This document shows positions 20,227-29,476 of a stretch of DNA of 64,000 nt, in pieces; within the stretch, counting starts at the first letter, position 1; every line of letters begins with the position of its first letter. A program made the position numbers and the translations under genes. The notes beneath the pieces were generated by a model. It did no database searches. It had not been told where the DNA came from and saw nothing but the letters and a program-made list of their open reading frames with translations. This stretch comes from Chlorobiota bacterium (GTDB lineage Bacteria; Bacteroidota; Ignavibacteria; Kapaibacteriales; NICIL-2), in assembly GCA_026416585.1 (NCBI GenBank), contig JAOAEV010000005.1, forward strand, positions 53 to 64,052, given 5' to 3'.

Positions 20227-21162
20227 ATGCCTAATCCATACACCAGACTGCTTCGATCACAACGGCATAAAAACACTCGACAAATTCTATGGAGCTTCCT
20301 TGTGTTACTGGCAGGACTTGCTCTGTTGTGGTGGCAGCAACAACACGAGAATAGCCGTCTGACACAATCGCTCCATGACTCACTTGCAATAAATGACACG
20401 AGTGCGTTTGTCGCCGAGCGTGATTCTGGCAATTCTGCAATCCACACCATACTCGGTACACCCGAGGATGCAACTCCACACAACGACATCATCATCAAGC
20501 GCTGGCAATATGTGCTATCGTACAATCCAACGACACGCTGCCCTAATTGGGTAGCGTGGAATCAGAGTGCATGGTGGTATGGATCAGCGCCCCGACATCG
20601 AGGACAATTTATGCCCGATCCACTGTTGCCATCAGTGTACGTGCCGGTACTGCATCGTGACTATGTCAATTCCGGATATGATCGCGGTCACATCGTGCGC
20701 TCGGAAGAACGAACCCGCTCCGTCGAAGATAATCGAACAACATTCTACACAACGAACACCATACCTCAAACGCACGAACTCAACACAGGTCCGTGGTTGC
20801 GCCTAGAAGAGTACGTCGAGCAACTCTGCAAACGTCACCGGCATGAATTGTATATCGTTGCTGGACCAATCTACCACGATACCTCACGGACGGTGATTGG
20901 CCGCGGTGTTCGTGTTCCTACGGAATGCTTCAAAATCATTGTGATTTTGCCCAAAGGAGGGAGAAGTCGCCATGTAACGACAATGACAAACGTCGTTGCT
21001 GTTCGCATGCCCAACCGATCAGATGTGAGTGGATCATGGGAGCAGTATGTAACGACTGTAGCGGATATTGAGCGAGCAACAGGCTATCGATTCCTGACAG
21101 CAGTGCCCGATTCGATCCTGCACGTCCTCCGATCGAAGCATGCTGCACTCCCTATTCTCTAA
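20227..21162 (+). CDS. Secreted DNA/RNA non-specific endonuclease (NUC/EndoG family)
   Basis: N-terminal membrane anchor/signal. DRGHIVRSEE...N..PQ motif (DRGH active-site signature). Confidence 0.75.
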   Translation: MPNPYTRLLRSQRHKNTRQILWSFLVLLAGLALLWWQQQHENSRLTQSLHDSLAINDTSAFVAERDSGNSAIHTILGTPEDATPHNDIIIKRWQYVLSYNPTTRCPNWVAWNQSAWWYGSAPRHRGQFMPDPLLPSVYVPVLHRDYVNSGYDRGHIVRSEERTRSVEDNRTTFYTTNTIPQTHELNTGPWLRLEEYVEQLCKRHRHELYIVAGPIYHDTSRTVIGRGVRVPTECFKIIVILPKGGRSRHVTTMTNVVAVRMPNRSDVSGSWEQYVTTVADIERATGYRFLTAVPDSILHVLRSKHAALPIL

Positions 21163-21164
21163 AA

Positions 21165-21200
21165 AGCGAGAGCGCCGATCTACTCTCGGCGCTCTCGCTG
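21165..21200. terminator. Perfect 14-bp-stem hairpin; rho-independent terminator for tRNA-Pro (minus strand) and probably the nuclease gene (plus strand)
   Basis: AGCGAGAGCGCCGA-loop-TCGGCGCTCTCGCT, read directly. An AAAAA run on the plus strand gives a UUUUU tract after the stem for the minus-strand transcript. Confidence 0.7.
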
Positions 21201-21206
21201 CGTAGT

Positions 21207-21281
21207 CGGGGTGGTGTGATTCGAACACACGACCCCCTGCTCCCAAAGCAGGTGCGCTAACCGGGCTGCGCTACACCCCGA
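21207..21281 (-). tRNA. tRNA-Pro (anticodon TGG)
   Basis: Minus-strand sequence CGGGGTGTAGCGCAGCCCGGTTAGCGCACCTGCTTTGGGAGCAGGGGGTCGTGTGTTCGAATCACACCACCCCGA has a cloverleaf with a 7-bp acceptor stem, GTTCGAATC T-loop and anticodon loop TTTGGGA. CCA is not encoded. Coordinates are accurate to about 2 nt. Confidence 0.85.
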
Positions 21282-21361
21282 CGGCACTGCAAAAATACGT
21301 TTACACGACCGATGGTGAAACAAAAGTTGACCACTATGCATTTTTGTAATAGTACGGGATA

Positions 21362-21829
21362 TTGGATGGAAGAACCATGGCGTTCGTCGCGTATAACAAC
21401 ACGTACTGCGTGACACTCCGGCGCACGCTAAAAGTGCCGTTCGAGCGCGTCATGCGTGCAATCGAGAGCGAGGCGGAACGGAGCTTATGGCTTGATCCGC
21501 CGTTGCGATTTGAATTTTACGTTGGTGGGTATATCCTCAGCGCCGAAGGTATGCCCATCGCACAATTTGTCGAATATGTTCGCGGTCAGCGGTGGGTGCT
21601 CCGATGGATTAGCCCGCTCAATCAATCGCACAGTAAAGTCGTCGTCGAGTTCGTCAGAGCTGGCCGCACGACAACCCGCATCTTAGTCCGTCACTGGCAA
21701 ATCGAAAACGAAAAAGATTACCACGAGCTGTACGCCGGCTGGCTGTGGTTTCTTGATTCAATTGAGCGGTATTTCATCAGTGGGAAGTACCTCGAATATG
21801 ACTATCCCGACGTTTACGGCTCAGTCTGA
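21362..21829 (+). CDS. SRPBCC-superfamily protein (Aha1/polyketide-cyclase-like)
   Basis: 155 aa. Pattern consistent with an AHSA1-like START/Bet v1 fold. Weak call. Confidence 0.45.
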   Translation: MDGRTMAFVAYNNTYCVTLRRTLKVPFERVMRAIESEAERSLWLDPPLRFEFYVGGYILSAEGMPIAQFVEYVRGQRWVLRWISPLNQSHSKVVVEFVRAGRTTTRILVRHWQIENEKDYHELYAGWLWFLDSIERYFISGKYLEYDYPDVYGSV

Positions 21830-22315
21830 AGTGTTACGTCTGCCCAACTCCTGATCGAGCAGATACAGACTCGATCCCGTCTGACCGACCATCGCAATCT
21901 TGTCGAGAATTGTCCGGACGGTCTCCTCTTCCTCGACTTGTTCTTCAATGAACCACTGTAACAGTGGAAAAATTGGATAATCGTGTTCTCGTTGCGCTAA
22001 TTCGTACATGGTGTGAATGCGAGCAGTAATGTATTGCTCGTGCTCGAGGATAGCCTGGAATAAATCACCAATGTTCTGCCACTCGACACGCTTGATGTGA
22101 ATATCTCCGAGCGATACCGACTGTCCACGTGCGTGGGCGTGCTCGATAAATTTCATTGCGTGTTCGCGTTCTTCGTCATGCTGTACCTTAAGCCACTGCG
22201 CAACTCCCGGCAACCCTCGATCTTTCGCTTGCAACGCAAGCACGAAGTAGAGATATGCTGATTCAAGTTCAGCCTGGATTTGCTCCTGCACAGAAAACAA
22301 CACTGCTGGTTTCAT
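21821..22315 (-). CDS. ftnA: Non-heme ferritin
   Basis: Internal start MKPAVL gives 165 aa. Ferroxidase-centre residues lie in E..LYF...(E..EH)...E..Y helices. The track's N-terminal extension was rejected. Confidence 0.75.
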   Translation of the reverse strand: MKPAVLFSVQEQIQAELESAYLYFVLALQAKDRGLPGVAQWLKVQHDEEREHAMKFIEHAHARGQSVSLGDIHIKRVEWQNIGDLFQAILEHEQYITARIHTMYELAQREHDYPIFPLLQWFIEEQVEEEETVRTILDKIAMVGQTGSSLYLLDQELGRRNTSD

Positions 22316-22429
22316 CCGGCACATATATGATTGTTCAACAACCTCAAAAAATCCTGCATACCGAGAGATACTCGGCATATCGTATTGACGGCAGACGAAT
22401 TAGATAGCCGTACAGTGCACCAGAAGACC

Positions 22430-24874
22430 TTAGGGCAATTGTTGTTCGAGTTGCTCGCGTTGCCAACGATGCGGCAAACCGGATGCTGCCTGCAGAAAGA
22501 GCGACCGATACTTTGATTGCCGCGCAAAAAAACCAATGGCATCCTGCGCAACTGTCGCCAGCCGCTGATTAAAATGAAACCGTGCGCCGAGAAGATAGCG
22601 GGCAAGCGTAGGGTTACACCAATTGAGTGTCCGAAGGGCATTTATTGCCAAGTCGCGCGTTATGAACTCATACCTGGGCGAGGCAAAATCTACCAGTCGT
22701 GCATAAGCAGTCGAATCGCCATGCTCAGCACGAATGCGTTCGCATGTGATACGCACTCGGTAGTGAGCACCGGCACAGCCATCGAGCCGGTTCACGTAAC
22801 CAAGTGCACGGTCAGGATATGCTGTTGATAGACGTTCGAGCACCGTTGCAGCAATCTGGTACGACGAATCAGAGAGGGCTATCTCGAGATCGCGACGGAG
22901 CCAATCCGGCACTGTGCGGAGTGCAGTAACAGCGGCACGGCGCACCTCAATGTCGCTATCGTGAAAAGCGCCAGAGATAACGGCACGAACATCGGCGAAA
23001 CGATGCAACGACTGCCGACGCATCAGCGTCCGTATCGCGAGTGATCGGATAGCGTAGAATCGTTCAGCAGAAAACCGTTCGACAAGAAGACGTGCAAGAA
23101 GTGAATCATCAAGTGTACTATCGGCGATGAGCGCTTCGAGCGCATCGTACCGATCAATCATCAGCGGTGCACGGCGCGTTTGTTCGATCAACTCGGCAGT
23201 GCTCTTCGGGAAGTCCACACGCTTGAGTATCACCGACCCCGGATCGAATAATGCAAAAGCGACCTGTTGCTTCCGCGGATTGGGCACCCGCACTTTTTCT
23301 GTTCGATCAGCAATCCACACACGAACTTGTTCGGATGATCCATCGCGGTAATGAACCTGGAAACGGATTGGCATACGGAACAGGAGTTGCAGCGCGTCGT
23401 GTACTTGTATTTGTTCGACAGTGAATTCGATCCACTGCTGACCAGTCTGGGGATCACTGACTGGCGCATAGTGCACACGATACGACGGCTCCCCACCTCG
23501 ATAAAGCCACTGGTCGAAAAACCAAGATAGGTTCATTCCAACTGCGTCGGCAAATGCGTTTTCGAAATCGCGCGTTTCAACTGTGCCATATACATGCGAA
23601 CGCAAATAGTGCGTGATCGCACGGTGGAAGTGCTCTTCGCCAACAACATCCATCAGCATATCGAGCACTGCCGAGCCTTTCGAGTAAATACGAGCTGTTC
23701 CTGACTGCCGATGAAGAATGGGAAGTGAATTGTTTTGTGCCGCACCGAGCGCTGCATTCTGTTCACCGCGCCGCATCCACTGGTAGTGATCATCTCCGAA
23801 AAATCGCTGGAAGAACAGCTTCGGATAAAACGTTGCGAAGCTTTCGTGGAGCCAAATACTGCGTTCGTCGCGTTGAGTAATGAAATCGCCGAACCATTGA
23901 TGTGTCAGCTCGTGCATGTTCACACCAACATACGACCGATCGAGCGCAGCTCGGCTGTCTCCATGGAAAAAGTCACCGAAAACAGTCGCAGTCGTGTTCT
24001 CCATTGCACCGGCGATGTAGTCTTGCACCGGTACTTGTGCATACGATTCCCACGGGAATGTCACACCAAGGAGCGAGTCAAGGAAGTCTACCATTTCTGC
24101 TGAATATCGATACGTCGGCTCTGCCCAGTCTGGTTGGTCGGCGTAGTAGAGCAATCGCAGTGGCAAGCCACTTCGAGTGCGACGCTCTGACACACCATAC
24201 TTCCCGATTGCGAGCATGATGAGGTAGGTCGCATGTGGCTTGGTCATCGCATAGTGCCATGTTGCCGTACCATCACCATTAACGCTTCGCGAACGTAAGG
24301 CACCGTTCGAGAGCACATAGTAACTGGTGTCGAACGTAATGACAGTTTCAGTAATGGCTTTGTCGTTGGGATAATCGTAAATCGGTACCCAGTGGCGTGT
24401 ATCGAAAGGCTGTCCTTGCGTCCAAATTTGTTTTCGTTTTTTTCCCGTCGAATCATCCCAGCCAGGAAAGTATAACCCTCGCTGTGGCATGCATTCGTAC
24501 TCGATCGCCACTGAGTCACGCTGTGGATATCGCCAGCTCCCATAGATGACAACTGTCGAATCAGTAGTACGGTAGGTAAGCTCACGCGAGCCACTTCGGA
24601 TACTGCGAATACTCATCCGGACTCCATCGAGCACAATCGAATCCACTCGAGTACGAAGCGGGATAAACGAGTGCACGACTCGACCGGTGACTCGCGTGCG
24701 CTCTGGCTCGAAACGAACTTCTATGCGAATCCGCTCGAAATCAACAACACGTTCACGTTCGGTTGATGGCAGCTGATACCGTGCTACTATACGCTCCGGC
24801 TCGGCAGTTTGCCCGATGAGGACACTTATTGCAACAGTAATGATCCCGAAAAAGCTGATGAAAGAACGCATCAT
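22430..24874 (-). CDS. pepN: Aminopeptidase N (M1 family) with C-terminal HEAT-like repeats, secreted
   Basis: GAMEN plus HELTHQWFGD...E zinc motif. Signal peptide MMRSFISFFGIITVAISVL at the internal start. The track ORF begins further upstream at a non-ATG codon. Confidence 0.85.
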   Translation of the reverse strand: MMRSFISFFGIITVAISVLIGQTAEPERIVARYQLPSTERERVVDFERIRIEVRFEPERTRVTGRVVHSFIPLRTRVDSIVLDGVRMSIRSIRSGSRELTYRTTDSTVVIYGSWRYPQRDSVAIEYECMPQRGLYFPGWDDSTGKKRKQIWTQGQPFDTRHWVPIYDYPNDKAITETVITFDTSYYVLSNGALRSRSVNGDGTATWHYAMTKPHATYLIMLAIGKYGVSERRTRSGLPLRLLYYADQPDWAEPTYRYSAEMVDFLDSLLGVTFPWESYAQVPVQDYIAGAMENTTATVFGDFFHGDSRAALDRSYVGVNMHELTHQWFGDFITQRDERSIWLHESFATFYPKLFFQRFFGDDHYQWMRRGEQNAALGAAQNNSLPILHRQSGTARIYSKGSAVLDMLMDVVGEEHFHRAITHYLRSHVYGTVETRDFENAFADAVGMNLSWFFDQWLYRGGEPSYRVHYAPVSDPQTGQQWIEFTVEQIQVHDALQLLFRMPIRFQVHYRDGSSEQVRVWIADRTEKVRVPNPRKQQVAFALFDPGSVILKRVDFPKSTAELIEQTRRAPLMIDRYDALEALIADSTLDDSLLARLLVERFSAERFYAIRSLAIRTLMRRQSLHRFADVRAVISGAFHDSDIEVRRAAVTALRTVPDWLRRDLEIALSDSSYQIAATVLERLSTAYPDRALGYVNRLDGCAGAHYRVRITCERIRAEHGDSTAYARLVDFASPRYEFITRDLAINALRTLNWCNPTLARYLLGARFHFNQRLATVAQDAIGFFARQSKYRSLFLQAASGLPHRWQREQLEQQLP

Positions 24875-24915
24875 TAGTTTTGCAGTGCAATAGTTGAACA
24901 ATTCACTGGACAAAG

Positions 24916-25395
24916 ATGGCACTTTCAATCGGTCAAAGCGCACCGCATTTTACGCTCTACGATCAAGACCGCACTAAACGCTCGATCGAAGAATTTCTCG
25001 GTGAGCCAGTTGTTTTGGCATTTTTTCCAGGTGCGTTCACCGGCGTATGCGACACCGAGATGTGTACCCTTCGTGACTCAATACAACGCTTTGCCGAAGC
25101 AAATGCTCAGGTCATCGGCATTAGCGTCGATCCGCCATTTGTTCTCAAAGAATTTGCTGCCAAGTACTCGTTGCCGTTTGTTCTGCTGTCAGATTACAAC
25201 CGAGAGGTTTCACGCCTCTACGATGTTTTGTTCGAGAACTTGGCAGGACTCGAGGGTTACCACACGAGTAATCGTGCAGTGTTCGTTCTCGATGGCAGCG
25301 GGACAATCCGCTACATCTGGATTGCATCACCCTCGCCAGCAGTCGAGCCGCCATACGATGAAGTCATCGCACAGACAAAGGCATTCGGTGCTTAG
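24916..25395 (+). CDS. Peroxiredoxin (Bcp/PrxQ-like)
   Basis: FPGAFTGVCDTEMC, with a peroxidatic Cys and a resolving Cys 5 residues later. Confidence 0.8.
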   Translation: MALSIGQSAPHFTLYDQDRTKRSIEEFLGEPVVLAFFPGAFTGVCDTEMCTLRDSIQRFAEANAQVIGISVDPPFVLKEFAAKYSLPFVLLSDYNREVSRLYDVLFENLAGLEGYHTSNRAVFVLDGSGTIRYIWIASPSPAVEPPYDEVIAQTKAFGA

Positions 25396-26612
25396 GGACA
25401 AATCAACAAGTACAACCGACCCTGCACGACACCGAGCGCTGCATAACGATTGCGCCGCCAATCGAAAATCGGTGGCTGCACGTCATCGCACATTCGACTG
25501 TACGTGAAAGCGGCTTTGTCAAGTCGGCGAACGAAAAGGTTTGTGGGAGTACTATAGGCAAACGTTTTCGATTTCGGACGGCGTGCAATTTGGAGCGACG
25601 TGCTCAAGTCCTGCCCCAACTGTACGCGCTCGCCGTCAAGCACAAGGAAGCAATCCACATCGCACCCAATGCCGTAGAGCTCACTGCCATCTGGCGTAAA
25701 CACAACGCGATCAAGAGGAAAACGCCCAACACCATATTCGGCACCTGTGTGGAGCAGGTAATACGTATTCTGCCGAAGTGCCAACGCTCCATACTGTGGT
25801 AGTGATGGATGACACATCACTGACCAAATGTTCTCGTATTGCTGACTCGGCAGGGGTCGAGAATATTCGTCGCTCACTAAAAAAACTTGATGCCACTGAT
25901 TTTGCTGTCCATGCAGCACTCCCACAGTGCCGTATCGGTTGACAGCGATCGCAGGAACATCGGTAAACGGTCCAGCAATTTCTTCTTGACCGCGGAGTAC
26001 TCGCCACTGTCCGCCCGCCCTGCGGACATAGAGCAAACGCCCATCACGCCAAAAGCCACCTATCCGGAATTCATCGCCACTTGCAATTTCACGACCATCG
26101 AGAAGTAGACGTTGCTGGCGCTCTACCTGTTCAACCCACGCGACGTGAAGACCGTCAGGCGATAGCACGATACCACCAACACGCCGCACAACCGTGTACT
26201 GTGTCTTGCCGTGCGCGAGAAATTCGGTGACGCCTTCCATACACGAAATAGCCAGCACAGGTGCATCCGGCGCAAACTGTACGATCCCTGGCACAGCACA
26301 TTGCACAGATGTCATTGCTGTATCCACAAGCAGATGCCACACACCAGCACGCTGCAACCACGCCGCCCAATGTTTGCCATCTTGAGCGATAACCGGCGGC
26401 TGAATTCGATCCGCTACCGGTGAACGAAAACCGTTGATAATAAGCCGCTGCTGCCCAAGATACGGCTGCACGATTGCCCACCATAGCCCTGTCGTGTCGA
26501 GCTCAGCATGCACGACCGGCTCGCTACCATCAAGCAGGAGCTCATCGGTACACTGACACCAGGTACTCGCTCCAAGTAAAACCGCTATCACCAAAGACCA
26601 CACTATTACCAT
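25392..26612 (-). CDS. Secreted hypothetical protein (beta-rich)
   Basis: 406 aa with an N-terminal signal peptide. No motif I recognise. Confidence 0.3.
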   Translation of the reverse strand: MVIVWSLVIAVLLGASTWCQCTDELLLDGSEPVVHAELDTTGLWWAIVQPYLGQQRLIINGFRSPVADRIQPPVIAQDGKHWAAWLQRAGVWHLLVDTAMTSVQCAVPGIVQFAPDAPVLAISCMEGVTEFLAHGKTQYTVVRRVGGIVLSPDGLHVAWVEQVERQQRLLLDGREIASGDEFRIGGFWRDGRLLYVRRAGGQWRVLRGQEEIAGPFTDVPAIAVNRYGTVGVLHGQQNQWHQVFLVSDEYSRPLPSQQYENIWSVMCHPSLPQYGALALRQNTYYLLHTGAEYGVGRFPLDRVVFTPDGSELYGIGCDVDCFLVLDGERVQLGQDLSTSLQIARRPKSKTFAYSTPTNLFVRRLDKAAFTYSRMCDDVQPPIFDWRRNRYAALGVVQGRLYLLICP

Positions 26613-27172
26613 CGCCGTGCAATACCAAGTTCAGTTATTACGGCATCGAGTGGAACATCGTGTTCATCGGTCGGGAAGTCTCCGTATTGGAATGCATACG
26701 CCAATCCGAAACGAACAAAGGATAGCTGAGTCAAGAATCGGTCGTAGTACCCTTTACCGTATCCGAGGCGGTGCAAGTGTTGATCGAAAGCAACAACTGG
26801 AACAAGCACCAGCGGTGCCAGCGCCAGGAGGGCGTCGTTATCGAGCAATTCTGGCGATGCGGGCTGCGGAATGCTGTAGATACCCGGTATAAGTGTCATG
26901 CCCGGGCAATAGTACGAGTGACGGAGATCACTATCGCCCTGCACAACCAGAGGTACCAAGACGTGCTTGTTTTCCTGCCACGCACGTTCGATAATTGGTT
27001 GAGTATCTACCTCTCCGCGAATCGGCAAGTACACATGAATGGCAGAAGACCGGATATATTCTGGCTGAGCCCACAGGTGTTCTGCAATAGCAAGCGAGTA
27101 CTCTCGGCGCATGGTTGCATTGAGCGCATTTCGCTGTGCAAGTTTTGCTGCACGGACCTCTGCTTTCGTCAT
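26606..27172 (-). CDS. 5-formyltetrahydrofolate cyclo-ligase
   Basis: 188 aa. The K(x)LR N-terminus, G.VD. and LVP...D..G.RLGYGKGYYDR pattern match MTHFS. Confidence 0.75.
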   Translation of the reverse strand: MTKAEVRAAKLAQRNALNATMRREYSLAIAEHLWAQPEYIRSSAIHVYLPIRGEVDTQPIIERAWQENKHVLVPLVVQGDSDLRHSYYCPGMTLIPGIYSIPQPASPELLDNDALLALAPLVLVPVVAFDQHLHRLGYGKGYYDRFLTQLSFVRFGLAYAFQYGDFPTDEHDVPLDAVITELGIARRW

Positions 27173-28083
27173 TGTCGCGATTGTCGAATGAGCGTCAGTG
27201 ATGGCAGTATTGCTGCTACGATGATCAGCACTGCACCGAGCACCTCGGCATTACGCAGTCGCTCGCCCTGCGCGAGCATTCCAAGAAATGTCGCGAATAC
27301 AGGTTCGAGCGCAAAAATCAGTGCTACGCGGGCTGCTGATACTCCCGGTTGCACGCGCGTTTGCATGTACGTTGCGACTACCGATGCAAGAATGCTCGTG
27401 TAGAGTAGTGCAATAATCACATCAACATTCCAGGCAATTGGTACAACGGTGCTTGCCTGTGCTCCCCTAATTGCGAACACAACTCCTCCAATAGCAGCCG
27501 TCACACCACATTGAAGGACAACAAGCATCCCCGTTCCAATCGTGCCGAGCTGTTCGATCCCAGCATAGCTCATGTAGCCCATATAGAACGACCACGCAAG
27601 TGCACTGACCAGCGTTGCTATATCGCCGATATTGAGACTCCCTGCTTCCGGACTTGCTAACAATCCAATGCCCGCGGTGCCAAGCACCATACCCCACCAT
27701 TCACGCGCTGTCGGGTGTTTCCGCCATATCAGACGCTGCAACAGCGGCACAAACACGACAAAGGTTCCGGTGAAAAACGCGCTTCGTGCAATAGTGGTGT
27801 ACTGCAGTCCCCATGCTTGCAAGTAAAAGCCAATTGCATACCCAACACCGAGGATGACCCCGTGGCGCCATACATTGCGATTCCAGAGCTGCCCTAACGA
27901 GGAACGCCACAGCAGTACTGCTGCAACCGTGGCCACCGAAAAGCGCAAGGTAACGAATGCGATCGGATCGCAGTACGGCAACGCACGTTTGATGAGCAGA
28001 AACGTTCCTGCCCACAGCAGCGTGATCCCAATAAGTGCAAGCTCGCGACGTGCAGCACTACTGCCCACGAGCCAACTCCTCAA
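27169..28083 (-). CDS. DMT-superfamily (EamA-like) transporter
   Basis: 304 aa with 10 predicted TM helices arranged as two EamA-like halves. Confidence 0.7.
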   Translation of the reverse strand: MRSWLVGSSAARRELALIGITLLWAGTFLLIKRALPYCDPIAFVTLRFSVATVAAVLLWRSSLGQLWNRNVWRHGVILGVGYAIGFYLQAWGLQYTTIARSAFFTGTFVVFVPLLQRLIWRKHPTAREWWGMVLGTAGIGLLASPEAGSLNIGDIATLVSALAWSFYMGYMSYAGIEQLGTIGTGMLVVLQCGVTAAIGGVVFAIRGAQASTVVPIAWNVDVIIALLYTSILASVVATYMQTRVQPGVSAARVALIFALEPVFATFLGMLAQGERLRNAEVLGAVLIIVAAILPSLTLIRQSRQ

Positions 28084-29458
28084 AAAACCGAATTACTGCA
28101 GATGTGCCACGATGGAAGTTCTCCAGGTGGAAGTGTTCATTGGGTGAATGTGCACCATCAGTGTGCAAACCGAAGCCCATGAGAACGACTGGCACCCGAA
28201 AGAGCCGTTGGAATTCCGCGACAACTGGAATTGATCCTCCTTCGCGCTGATAGACTGGTTTGCGCCCAAATGTTACCTCCAGCGCGCGCGCTGCTGCTTT
28301 CATCGGCATCGAATCACGCTCAACCAACACAGGATCAGCTCCGTGAAGCATATCCACTTGAATACGAACAGCTCTCGGCGCAATACGCGTGATGTACTCT
28401 GCCACGATCTGCGCGATACGATCAGGGCGTTGGTCAGGGACAAGACGCATCGAGATTTTCGCATGTGCTTCTGCCGGCAGTACCGTCTTGGCACCCGTAC
28501 CCGTAAAACCACTCCACATACCATTTACATCCAGTGTCGGGCGTGCACCGAGACGCTCGAGGGTGGTGTAACCATCTTCCCCACCCAGTGTGTCGAGATC
28601 GAGTTCTTGACAAAACGCCTCTTCATCAAAAGGAAGCGATGCCAATAAGTGACGCTCCTCGGCATCGAGTGAGCGGACATCATCGTAAAAACCCGGAATA
28701 GCAATTGCACCACGATCGTCGTGCAATGCGGCAATAATCCGTGCAAGCGCGTTTGCAGGGTTGACAACAGCTCCACCATACGAGCCGCTGTGGAGATCGC
28801 GACGCGGACCACGCACATGCACTTCCAAATATGCCAGACCACGCAAGCCGTACACGAGGGATGGAATGCCAGGCGCAAACATCGCCGTATCGCATACGAG
28901 TACGGCATCGCATGCAAGGTCCTGACGGCGTTGATGCAAAAAGCTCGACAGGTTCGGCGAACCGATTTCCTCCTCACCCTCGATAACCAGCACAACGTTA
29001 CATGGAAGCATGCCACGTACGGCAAGCCACGACTCGATCGCGTTGATGACCAGCAACACTTGACCCTTGTCGTCAGTAGCTCCACGAGCATAGATTTTAT
29101 CATCTCGCACAGTCGGCTGGAATGGTGGCGTAACCCACTGATCGAGTGGATCAATAGGCTGTACATCGTAATGCCCATAAAAAAGCAGCGTTGGTGCACC
29201 AGAGGGAGCACTCAGCCACGCGGCATACACGACAGGGTGACCAGCGGTCGGTACAATTTCGACTCGCTCCATACCAATAGAGCGAAGATGCTCGGCAAGC
29301 CATTCTGCAGTACGAACCACGTCTCCGTTGTGCTCCGCCAATGTGCTGATGCTGGGAAACTGAAGAAACGCCCGCAATTGTTCGACGAAGCGATCTCGTT
29401 GAGACGTAGCGTAGTCATAAGGATTCACCAGTACATGCCAATGAGGGGTTGGACACAC
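28058..29458 (-). CDS. M20-family metallopeptidase (dipeptidase/DapE-ArgE-like)
   Basis: 466 aa. HYDVQP...GATDDKG...EGEEE.GS metal-binding motifs. Confidence 0.75.
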   Translation of the reverse strand: MCPTPHWHVLVNPYDYATSQRDRFVEQLRAFLQFPSISTLAEHNGDVVRTAEWLAEHLRSIGMERVEIVPTAGHPVVYAAWLSAPSGAPTLLFYGHYDVQPIDPLDQWVTPPFQPTVRDDKIYARGATDDKGQVLLVINAIESWLAVRGMLPCNVVLVIEGEEEIGSPNLSSFLHQRRQDLACDAVLVCDTAMFAPGIPSLVYGLRGLAYLEVHVRGPRRDLHSGSYGGAVVNPANALARIIAALHDDRGAIAIPGFYDDVRSLDAEERHLLASLPFDEEAFCQELDLDTLGGEDGYTTLERLGARPTLDVNGMWSGFTGTGAKTVLPAEAHAKISMRLVPDQRPDRIAQIVAEYITRIAPRAVRIQVDMLHGADPVLVERDSMPMKAAARALEVTFGRKPVYQREGGSIPVVAEFQRLFRVPVVLMGFGLHTDGAHSPNEHFHLENFHRGTSAVIRFFEELARGQ

Positions 29459-29476
29459 AGCAAAAATACCGGTATC

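Noticed and set aside
21162-22378. Possible genomic island integrated at tRNA-Pro, with the secreted nuclease, SRPBCC and ferritin genes around the tRNA.
   Set aside because: There is no integrase or recombinase gene and no direct repeat of the tRNA 3' end. The flanking genes have ordinary composition, and the hairpin next to the tRNA is a terminator rather than an att site.
24874-24943. Apparent 28-bp head-to-head overlap between the pepN and peroxiredoxin coding regions.
   Set aside because: It is an artefact of the track starting pepN at an upstream non-ATG codon. The signal-peptide Met-Met start at about 24874 removes the overlap.
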